From Parcubacteria group bacterium (lineage in GTDB: Bacteria > Patescibacteriota > Minisyncoccia > Moranbacterales > UBA2206): a DNA stretch of 64,000 nucleotides. This document shows, in pieces, positions 33,381 through 41,697 of the stretch (position 1 is its first letter; each line of letters opens with the position of its first letter). The position numbers and the translations under genes were made by a program. The stretch lies in contig JBAZPT010000002.1 of assembly GCA_041645535.1 (NCBI GenBank), forward strand, positions 77,605 through 141,604. The letters are read 5' to 3'. Below the pieces are notes generated by a model. It was not told the DNA's origin. It worked only from the letters and a program-made list of their open reading frames with translations, and made no database searches.

Positions 33381-35207
33381 ATGTTTAATTTTACTAAAAC
33401 TAAAAAAAGCGCTCCGGCTGGCAAAGAAGAACAGGATGAGCTTCTGCGCAGTGAAAAATATTACCGCGAGGGCATTGCTCAGCTTACAGATCTGATCGCG
33501 CCGGCCGCCATCAAGGTTATGCCGCGCTATATCCGCGTCGGCGAAATTTTGGCGGAAACGCTTTTTGTTATCGCTTATCCGCGTTATCTCCACAGCAATT
33601 GGTTTTCGCCAATTATCAATATTGACGCGCCGATTGATATTTCCATGTTTATCCATCCGATTGATACCGCGGAAATTTTGAAGTCGCTGCGAAAAAGCAT
33701 CACGCAAGTTGAATCGCAGATCAACATCGAGCAGGAAAAAGGGCTGGTACGCGATCCATCGCTCGAAACCGCGGCCAAAGATATTGAAGAACTGCGCGAC
33801 AAGCTCCAACAGGGAACGGAAAAATTTTTTCGCTACGGACTTTACATCACCATGTATGGGCAGGACGAAAAAGAGCTGGAAAAAATCGGAAAATCCATAA
33901 CTTCAATTTTGGAAGCGCAATTGGTTTATGTGAAACCCGCCGTTTTTAAATCGGAACAAGGGTTTGTCTCATCGCTTCCCATCGCCAATGATGAACTGGA
34001 CATCGGCACCAGCATGAATTCAGCTCCGCTTTCCACTTCGTTTCCCTTTGTTTCTTCGACCCTTTCCAATGATGAGGGCATCCTTTACGGCATCAACCGC
34101 CACAACAACAGTTTGATAATTTTCGACCGCTTCAAAATGGAAAACGCCAATATGGTGGTTTTCGCCAAGTCCGGCGCCGGCAAAAGTTATACGGTAAAAC
34201 TGGAGGTTTTGCGCTCGATGATGATCGGCACCGATGTCATCATTATCGATCCGGAAAATGAATACAAGCACTTGTGCGATACGGTTGGCGGAACTTTCGT
34301 AAAAATTTCCTTGAATTCCGACCAGCATATCAACCCGTTTGATTTGCCGAAACTCATCGAGGGCGAGGATCCGGAAGATATTTTGCGCAATAACATTGCT
34401 AATCTCATCGGCCTTCTGCATATTATGCTCGGTTCAATCACGCCGGAAGAAGATTCGATTTTAGACAAAGCCATCCATGAAACTTATTCCATCCGCGACA
34501 TAACCTCGCAAACCGATTTCAATGCTCTGGCCAGGGAAGCTTTTCCGACAATGACCGATCTCTATGAAGTGCTGCGCAATATGCAGGGCGGCGAGGATAT
34601 GGCAACCAGACTCGAAAAATATACCGAGGGAGTTTTCGCGGGATTTCTCAATAACACGACCAATGTGCGCGTCGACAACCAGCTGGTAGTTTTCAACATC
34701 CGCGATATGGAAGAGGAACTGCGCCCGATTGCTATGTATGTAGTTTTGCAATACATCTGGAACGAAATGCGCACCAACTTGAAAAAAAGGCTGGTGCTGG
34801 CGGACGAAGCCTGGGTGATGATGAAATATGAAGACGCGGCATCCTTTCTTTTCGGCATTGCCAAGCGCTGTCGGAAATATTATACCGGCCTCACCACCAT
34901 CACGCAGGATGTCAATGACTTTCTGGCTTCGCGCTATGGCAAGCCGATTGTCACCAATTCATCCATCCAGCTCCTGCTCAAGCAATCGCCGGCCGCCATT
35001 GATGTGATTACGGAAACATTTTACCTTACCGACCAGGAAAAATTCCTGCTTCTGGAAAGCAATGTGGGCGAAGGCATTTTTTTCGCCGGCACCAAGCATG
35101 TGGCCATCAAGGTTATCGCCTCCTATTCGGAAGACCAGATTATCACCACCGATCCGGCCCAGCTTTTGGAAATTGAACAAGCCAAAAAAGATTTTGAATC
35201 AGAATAA
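33381..35207 (+). CDS. VirB4/TrbE-family T4SS ATPase
   Basis: 608 aa; Walker A FAKSGAGKSYT, IIDPENEY, Walker B RLVLADEAW, TTITQD. Confidence 0.85.
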   Translation: MFNFTKTKKSAPAGKEEQDELLRSEKYYREGIAQLTDLIAPAAIKVMPRYIRVGEILAETLFVIAYPRYLHSNWFSPIINIDAPIDISMFIHPIDTAEILKSLRKSITQVESQINIEQEKGLVRDPSLETAAKDIEELRDKLQQGTEKFFRYGLYITMYGQDEKELEKIGKSITSILEAQLVYVKPAVFKSEQGFVSSLPIANDELDIGTSMNSAPLSTSFPFVSSTLSNDEGILYGINRHNNSLIIFDRFKMENANMVVFAKSGAGKSYTVKLEVLRSMMIGTDVIIIDPENEYKHLCDTVGGTFVKISLNSDQHINPFDLPKLIEGEDPEDILRNNIANLIGLLHIMLGSITPEEDSILDKAIHETYSIRDITSQTDFNALAREAFPTMTDLYEVLRNMQGGEDMATRLEKYTEGVFAGFLNNTTNVRVDNQLVVFNIRDMEEELRPIAMYVVLQYIWNEMRTNLKKRLVLADEAWVMMKYEDAASFLFGIAKRCRKYYTGLTTITQDVNDFLASRYGKPIVTNSSIQLLLKQSPAAIDVITETFYLTDQEKFLLLESNVGEGIFFAGTKHVAIKVIASYSEDQIITTDPAQLLEIEQAKKDFESE

Positions 35208-35211
35208 AAGT

Positions 35212-35721
35212 ATGTCTATCGAACAAAATATTGAGCGAGCCAATAAATTAAAAGAGCTAAGAAAAGGCATGGAAAAAAGTCCCTTGAAAAAGGCTAAGTT
35301 TGTGGCAGGAAAACTTGCCCTAATGAAATATTTCAATCCTTATATGGATTGGCTCTATGGCATCGCATTATCCGCCGCTCTCTTGAAAGATATTGTGGAT
35401 CTAGTCGGAATCGGCTCTCTTCCCGCTATTGGCACTGTCATTACCCTTATGGCTTCTATCACTATTTTTGCGGTTATGTTCATTACCGGTAATTTTTTTA
35501 AAAAACGCTGGGCTAAAAAAGTTGGGGTTGTTTTTATGGGAACGGCCGTTGAAATAATTTTTGGACTTAATTTTCTACCGGTTGAAACAGCTATCGTTAT
35601 AATTGTTTTTTACCTGGCTTTGGACGATAGGCGAAAAGAAGCCGAAGCCGCTGAAAAGAAAAAGGCGCAAGCGACCGGGCAGAGCGCAAATTATTCTCCA
35701 CAACCCGAATTTGCAGCGTAA
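35212..35721 (+). CDS. membrane protein (169 aa), unknown function
   Basis: ATG at 35212 (MSIEQNIERANK). The longer track ORF overlaps VirB4 and is rejected. Three or four TM helices and a charged tail. Confidence 0.55.
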   Translation: MSIEQNIERANKLKELRKGMEKSPLKKAKFVAGKLALMKYFNPYMDWLYGIALSAALLKDIVDLVGIGSLPAIGTVITLMASITIFAVMFITGNFFKKRWAKKVGVVFMGTAVEIIFGLNFLPVETAIVIIVFYLALDDRRKEAEAAEKKKAQATGQSANYSPQPEFAA

Positions 35722-35726
35722 AAAAT

Positions 35727-36386
35727 ATGGTTAATTATAAAAAACTGAATATTCTCGCCTGGAGAGAAGACCTCGTAACTTTGGCGGTTATTGCTTTTTG
35801 CCTGTTGCTGGTAACTTTTTTTCCCGCCAGCGGAACTTCGCAATTTTTTACAAAAACTTTATTTTTTTTGCTAGTCGTTCCGATCTTGTATATTAAGCTT
35901 ATCCTAAAAAAATCTCTCAGCCAATTTGGATTCAACTTGAAAAATCCTAAACCTGGCATCCTGTGGTCATCCGCGGCCCTGGGGCTTTCCTTGCTTTTAT
36001 TTTTTGCGTTTTTACATTTTTACCCATTTTCAAATACAAACTTGCCGAACGCGATAACAGTTTCGTTTTGGGCATTCCTGTTTTATGAGCTAGTAATAGT
36101 CAGTTCCCTGTTTTTCTTGCAACAATTTTTCACCCAAGGCTTCGCGTTATTTTCTTTCAAGGAAAAGTTTGGAATCTGGTCTATTGTTTTTTCTTTTCTA
36201 GTCTTATTGATTTTTCTGCTGTCAAACAACAGCCTTGCGCTTTCTGACTTGCCCTTGCTTGTTTTTTTTCTGACGGGCAGCTTGGTTTCCTATAAGAGCG
36301 GTTCATTTATTTATTCCTACGCGGCCGGCTTATTATTTTTCATCTTGACGCATAGTTATTTAATCCATCTTATTAAAAATTTATGA
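35727..36386 (+). CDS. polytopic membrane protein (219 aa, ~6 TM), unknown function
   Basis: Hydrophobic ORF. Its stop overlaps the next start (ATGA at 36383). Confidence 0.55.
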   Translation: MVNYKKLNILAWREDLVTLAVIAFCLLLVTFFPASGTSQFFTKTLFFLLVVPILYIKLILKKSLSQFGFNLKNPKPGILWSSAALGLSLLLFFAFLHFYPFSNTNLPNAITVSFWAFLFYELVIVSSLFFLQQFFTQGFALFSFKEKFGIWSIVFSFLVLLIFLLSNNSLALSDLPLLVFFLTGSLVSYKSGSFIYSYAAGLLFFILTHSYLIHLIKNL

Positions 36387-39046
36387 TAAACAAAAAAATA
36401 TTTTTGCCGACACTGATTGTCCTCTTGATTTTTTTCGCCTTAAGCACCCAGAACGCGCGAGCTTATGATATGACCGCCTTTCTCGGCAATCCCAAGGCCG
36501 GCATCAACAACATGCTGGACGCGCTTGGGTTCAACAAGGATGAAACGAATGAAATGGTAAAAAATTTGAATGTTTCCCGCAAAAAAAAGCAAGCGCCCCA
36601 GGTTTCTCTGGATTTCTCTCCGGGAAATCCGACTGAGGGAGAGAAGGTTACCGCCGCCGCCAAGCCTATCTATTTTCTTAATGATATCTCCCGGCTTTAT
36701 TACACCTGGTATCTCAAGCATAATAACAACGATGGGGTTAAAACTCATTTTGACAAAACTTTGGAAAAAACTATCGACTGCGATGAGGATGGCAACTGCG
36801 ATCTTAACGACGATGGAGATATTGATATAGAAGACTGGAAAATAGAAGCCGCCCGGATTATCGCCAGCAATGATTTTGATTGGGAGAAAGCCGATTATTC
36901 GTCCACCAGCAAGGATGATGACGGTTACAAGGCCTATTTGGGCGGCGACGATCAACAAGGCAAGGATCCGGAACCAGAAAAACACTGCTACCTTCACAAC
37001 TTTGAAACCGGAGATGATTTCAATATCCCGGAGGATAAATGCAAGCATCTTTTCCCTAATGCTCCTGAAAAAAATAACAATGATTTTGAAACCGGCGACG
37101 ATTCTTTCAATAAAGACGAAGAAAAATTCTGGCGAACCGATCCGCAAAATCCCGACACGGCCAACACGGGAGAGACGGACGAAGCCAATGTAGCCGGACT
37201 GGGAATTGAGGAATTTACCTGGAACTATCAAAATGGCGACAAGATTGGCGTAGCCGTGGAAGGAATTTCCATGGATCCTACCCAGTCGCCGGACGCGTCT
37301 TACAAAATAATGTGGGCCACGCTCAAAAACGAGACCTGTGATTCGGTTTCGGATTCCCTGGATGAAACCAGTGATTCCTTAGCAAACCTGACAAACGGCA
37401 CAGCCACGGTCGTATCTGATCCTGTGGTTACTACTGATCCCGTTACCGGCAACGAAACTACCGTTGAGGTGACCACGGAAACAACCACTGTAGTTAATTT
37501 AAGTGATTCTACCGCCGAAATAACCACTGTCGCTACCACCACGACAACTGTCAGGGACAGCGGCGACAATATAATTTCCGGACCGACAACCACGACCACA
37601 ACCAGTGTGCAAAATATCGGCTCCGACGCGGACATTGACGATTTCAATGAATGTCTGGAAGACAATCTTATTTCGCCCACCGAAGGCGGGGAGTCGCAAA
37701 AAATTGATGTTTTACTTTCCTATTTTCCGACTTCTCCTATCAATGATCCGACGGGAGAAAACGCCACGGAAATCGTAGTTAATTCTTCCATTACCAACGC
37801 CAATGACCAAAATATTTTGAAATATGCCTGGCAGGTATATAAAAGCGATGTTATCAACCCGGACAGCTGGGGCGATCCATTGTTAAAATCAGAGCTCCCT
37901 GGAATCGGCCAGACTACGGGAGCGGGACTCTCTTCAATCAAATTTAAGCCGCAATTTAAAGATCCAGCGCCAAAATTTTTGAAAGTAAAATTAAGCGTTA
38001 CGGAAAACAGTTCCGCAGACAGCGAGAGAGAAGGCCATTCGAATGTCATAATCCCGCTTTCCCTGACTTCCAATAAAATTAGTGTTTTTTCAGTCGCGGT
38101 ATCGCCGATTTTGGTTTTAAGTTTAGAGCAAGCTGAGCGATGCGCAGCCGGCATGGACAAAGCTTTCTGTCCGATAGTACAAAATGAGATTGTCGGAATG
38201 TCAGTGGCCAAAGAAAACTACACGAATTTTGCCTGGACGGTAAACGGTAATCCTATTAAGGCTATAAACTATCCTAGCGGCGGATCGTGCCTCTCAGGAG
38301 AGTGTAATAAAACTACCAGCGACAACACTAATATAGCCTTTTTTCCGGTTTTAAAAGAAAAAGGAGTAAAATATGATGTATCGCTTACCGCCAGTAATGC
38401 TGCGGGAGAAAAAATAACTCTGACTAAAAATTTTGAAGTCGTTGATCCGGAAATAAAAATTATTTCCTCCGACACTGCCGCTTGCCGGCCCGTTCTTTTG
38501 GGAAATTACCTGGATCTTGATGGAACGCCGTGGCCGGATTATAGCGATAAAAATTTCCAGGCCGCCCCGGGATCAACTATTTCGCTCATCCCCATTCTCA
38601 ATAATCCTTTCGCACAAGATCTTCTTTGGTATATCGACGGAGTGGCGCTGACACCTGAAAATATGTCCTACTTTGGAGCAGCTGTTTCTTCAAGCAGAGC
38701 ATTAACTTTTCCAGCCGCCAAACAATTGGGAGAAATTTATAATATTTCCGTAAGAGCTCTTTACTCGCAGGACAATAACACCAAGAAATTTTTAAATCTT
38801 AACGAAGGAGTGCAGATGAGCGAATTTTCTGAAAGCACTATGTCTGACAGCATTGAAATTCAAATGGCTAGTTTAGCCGGAGTACCGGGAGCCCAGAAGT
38901 CCGTTCCGCGCAAATTTTTGGCCGCCATTTTCACCGGACTGCCGGCTTATATCAGCTTCCTGTTCCGCATTGTGCTTACCGTTATGTTAATTTTGGCCGT
39001 TTTCTGGATCACCATGAGTCTCAACCTCGGAACGCGAGAAGAATAA
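36383..39046 (+). CDS. large surface protein (887 aa) with Asp-rich Ca-binding-like motifs, Thr-rich linker and C-terminal TM anchor
   Basis: Signal peptide, DCDEDGNCDLNDDGDIDIEDW, TTVATTTTTVRDSGDNIISGPTTTTTTSV, and C-terminal helix FLAAIFTGLPAYISFLFRIVLTVMLILAVFWITM. Confidence 0.65.
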   Translation: MINKKIFLPTLIVLLIFFALSTQNARAYDMTAFLGNPKAGINNMLDALGFNKDETNEMVKNLNVSRKKKQAPQVSLDFSPGNPTEGEKVTAAAKPIYFLNDISRLYYTWYLKHNNNDGVKTHFDKTLEKTIDCDEDGNCDLNDDGDIDIEDWKIEAARIIASNDFDWEKADYSSTSKDDDGYKAYLGGDDQQGKDPEPEKHCYLHNFETGDDFNIPEDKCKHLFPNAPEKNNNDFETGDDSFNKDEEKFWRTDPQNPDTANTGETDEANVAGLGIEEFTWNYQNGDKIGVAVEGISMDPTQSPDASYKIMWATLKNETCDSVSDSLDETSDSLANLTNGTATVVSDPVVTTDPVTGNETTVEVTTETTTVVNLSDSTAEITTVATTTTTVRDSGDNIISGPTTTTTTSVQNIGSDADIDDFNECLEDNLISPTEGGESQKIDVLLSYFPTSPINDPTGENATEIVVNSSITNANDQNILKYAWQVYKSDVINPDSWGDPLLKSELPGIGQTTGAGLSSIKFKPQFKDPAPKFLKVKLSVTENSSADSEREGHSNVIIPLSLTSNKISVFSVAVSPILVLSLEQAERCAAGMDKAFCPIVQNEIVGMSVAKENYTNFAWTVNGNPIKAINYPSGGSCLSGECNKTTSDNTNIAFFPVLKEKGVKYDVSLTASNAAGEKITLTKNFEVVDPEIKIISSDTAACRPVLLGNYLDLDGTPWPDYSDKNFQAAPGSTISLIPILNNPFAQDLLWYIDGVALTPENMSYFGAAVSSSRALTFPAAKQLGEIYNISVRALYSQDNNTKKFLNLNEGVQMSEFSESTMSDSIEIQMASLAGVPGAQKSVPRKFLAAIFTGLPAYISFLFRIVLTVMLILAVFWITMSLNLGTREE

Positions 39047-39109
39047 AAAATTCTTGCGTTATCGCTTTGCATTTTCTATAATAAAAGTAGCAACCGTATT
39101 AAAACAAAA

Positions 39110-39970
39110 ATGAATAAAAAAATAATTATTATTCTTTTTCTGTTAGTTTTTCTGTCATTACCTTTTTTTGCCAGCGCCCAAACAACTGGTCCTTTTAATT
39201 ATGTCCCTCTTGAAAAAATTCCCGGCTCGGACAAGGAAACTTCACAAGCGATTGATTTTTATACTTATGTTTCAGCTATTTACAAGTTCGGGATCTGGGC
39301 GGTAGGGATTGTGGCGCTGTTTATGCTGGTTTTTGGAGGCTACACCTACATCACTTCCGCCGGCAATAACAGTTCGATGGAAACAGCCAAAAAAATCATT
39401 ACCGACGCGATCGTGGGCGTTATTATGGCGCTCACCGCTTATCTTTTGCTTTTTGCGATTAATCCTGATTTGGTAAAAATGAAAAAACTGGCTCCAGTAG
39501 CAGGGATATCTGGTACAGGAACAGGGGCCACAACCACAGGAGCAACGGGAGCGCCCAGTGGCGTTGGCAAATGCGTACCACTAACTACCGGCCCTTGTTC
39601 AGTTGATAATCTGAAAAGTTCCTGTTTTGGAGCGACAAACGCAGAAAAAGCTTCGGCTATTTGCAACGCTGAAAGCGTTGGCGATCCAAGAGCCCTAAGC
39701 ATATCCGATAAATGCAAAAAGGGACAATCGTTTTCTGTGGGATTATTTCAAATTAACTTAACCGTTCATGACATCGGCAACGGTTGCACTTCGGCTTTTT
39801 CGGGCAAGAATTATGCTTGTTCCGTCACTGATCAAAACAAATACGATCAGTGCGTTTCCCTGGCGCAAGATTCAACCAAAAACATCCAGGAGGCTTGTGC
39901 TATTTTCAAGGCCAGCGGTTGGAATGCTTGGGGGGCTAATACTGATCCTGTTAAAGGCTGTCATTTTTAA
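39110..39970 (+). CDS. VirB2/T4SS-pilin-like domain fused to a lytic-transglycosylase (SLT/lysozyme)-like domain
   Basis: Signal peptide plus two-helix pilin module (FGIWAVGIVALFMLVFGGYTYITSAGN...AIVGVIMALTAYLLLFAINP), a Gly/Thr linker, then AICNAESVGDP...SVGLFQINL. Confidence 0.6.
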   Translation: MNKKIIIILFLLVFLSLPFFASAQTTGPFNYVPLEKIPGSDKETSQAIDFYTYVSAIYKFGIWAVGIVALFMLVFGGYTYITSAGNNSSMETAKKIITDAIVGVIMALTAYLLLFAINPDLVKMKKLAPVAGISGTGTGATTTGATGAPSGVGKCVPLTTGPCSVDNLKSSCFGATNAEKASAICNAESVGDPRALSISDKCKKGQSFSVGLFQINLTVHDIGNGCTSAFSGKNYACSVTDQNKYDQCVSLAQDSTKNIQEACAIFKASGWNAWGANTDPVKGCHF

Positions 39971-40010
39971 ACTATCTTTTCTCTGATAATTAAATAATCT
40001 AATCTTATAT

Positions 40011-40544
40011 ATGTCCAAGAATACAAAACTCATTATCGTTGTTTTTTCAATCATTCTTTTGGTGGTTGCTGTCTATTTTTTTATAACTCTCCGCTCTAAT
40101 CCACAAAAGCCGTTGGCACAGCCCCAAACGCCTCCACAGACACAACAACCCGGCTCATCTCCAACAAGCAACTTTGTTGTTCCCCCAAAAGACTCTGGAA
40201 AAATGGTTATTACCATATCTCAAGGCAGTCTTGAAATTAACAATCTTTACAAAAATCCGGTGGCAGATTTACCCGGCAATGGCGTTGCTTTCAAAGAAAC
40301 TAACGATTATCATATGGATTTTTATCCACAAGACGAAGGCTTTATTATAGCCATTCAAAATCCAGATATCCAGACAGCCAGAGATATAGCAGAAGTTGAT
40401 TTTTTGCAAGCCTTGGGCATAACCAAGGATCAAGCTTGCTCTTTAAAAGTTACTCTGGGCGTTCCTTACAATGTAAATCAACAGGCTGCGGGACAAAATT
40501 ACGGACTTAGTTTTTGCCCAAATGGTAAATCTTTTAATCAATAG
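40011..40544 (+). CDS. membrane-anchored secreted protein (177 aa) with Pro/Gln-rich linker
   Basis: ORF with an N-terminal TM helix. Confidence 0.5.
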   Translation: MSKNTKLIIVVFSIILLVVAVYFFITLRSNPQKPLAQPQTPPQTQQPGSSPTSNFVVPPKDSGKMVITISQGSLEINNLYKNPVADLPGNGVAFKETNDYHMDFYPQDEGFIIAIQNPDIQTARDIAEVDFLQALGITKDQACSLKVTLGVPYNVNQQAAGQNYGLSFCPNGKSFNQ

Positions 40545-40560
40545 ACCCGTTTAATTACTT

Positions 40561-41697
40561 ATGACCCCCTCTAAAAAAATCTTCATCGCTTCCACCGCCA
40601 TTTTGGCTTTTCTCCTGATTTTCTGGGGCATTTATTCTTTTTCTTTCAAAAAGACAACTCCTCCATCCAACGCGCCGACGGAAGAAAAAACCGAGCCGGT
40701 TGCCGTTCCAAAAACATCTGCTTCGCAAATCACAGCCATCAGCGATGAAGCCGTGCTGGCCCCGGTGCTCACGCCGGAAAAAAACGCCGTCAAATATTAT
40801 TCTAAAAACGACGGGCGGGCTTATCAAATAAACTTGGACGGCACTAATAAAAAAATCTTGAGCGACAAGGAACTCCCGGGTCTCGTTTCCATAGCCTGGT
40901 CGCCCGATACCAGCAAGGTAATTACCCGCTTTGAAAACAACGGCAAAAATAAATTTTATTATTACGACTACGGAAAAAACCAGGGCGTCCAGCTCAAGGA
41001 AAACCTGGACACCGTATTCTGGCAGAATGACAATAAAATTATTTACAAATATTTCGATCCTAAAACCAAAGAACGGACACTCAATATTTCCGATCCGGAC
41101 GGCTCCAATTGGAATAAAATAACCGACATTGCTTTTCGCAACCTCTCTCTGGCTCCCATCCCCAAGACCGGCCTGCTTTCTTTTTGGAATTCACCGGACG
41201 CTTTTTTTGAAACATCCTTCCTGTCAACTCCGATTATCGGCGGGGAAAAAAAGACCATATTGGCCGGAAAGTTCGGCGCTGATTATCTCTGGAGCCCCGA
41301 CGGCAACCTGATCTTAATTAGCAGCTCTCAGGAAAAAGCCAGCCCCCGGATGCAGCTGGCAATTGCCAATGATCGGGGCGGAGAATATAAAAATCTGGAC
41401 ATTCCTACCTTTATTTCCAAGGCCGCTTGGTCGCGCGACAATAAAACCGTTTATTACGCCCTCCCGGGAAATGTTCCGGCCAACGCTATTCTCCCTAATG
41501 ATTACAACGATAAAAAATTCCTTTCCACGGATACTTTCTGGAAAGTTAATGTCGCCAATGGAGAAAAGTCAAGAATCATCCCCTTGGATAAAATCAGCGG
41601 CCAATATGACGCAACCGATTTATTTTTGAATTCCGACGAAAGCCTGCTTTTTTTCATTAATCGCGCGGACGGGAAGTTGTATAAAATAGACCTATAA
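40561..41697 (+). CDS. membrane-anchored TolB-like beta-propeller (PD40/WD40-like repeats)
   Basis: Repeated WSPDTSKV, WSPDGNLILIS and AWSRDNKTVYY motifs. Confidence 0.65.
   Translation: MTPSKKIFIASTAILAFLLIFWGIYSFSFKKTTPPSNAPTEEKTEPVAVPKTSASQITAISDEAVLAPVLTPEKNAVKYYSKNDGRAYQINLDGTNKKILSDKELPGLVSIAWSPDTSKVITRFENNGKNKFYYYDYGKNQGVQLKENLDTVFWQNDNKIIYKYFDPKTKERTLNISDPDGSNWNKITDIAFRNLSLAPIPKTGLLSFWNSPDAFFETSFLSTPIIGGEKKTILAGKFGADYLWSPDGNLILISSSQEKASPRMQLAIANDRGGEYKNLDIPTFISKAAWSRDNKTVYYALPGNVPANAILPNDYNDKKFLSTDTFWKVNVANGEKSRIIPLDKISGQYDATDLFLNSDESLLFFINRADGKLYKIDL

Noticed and set aside
35062-35211. N-terminal extension of ORF 35062-35721 overlapping the end of VirB4.
   Set aside because: The extension is Pro/Ser/Arg-rich nonsense read out of frame over VirB4. 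The ATG at 35212, 4 nt after the VirB4 stop, gives a sensible membrane protein.
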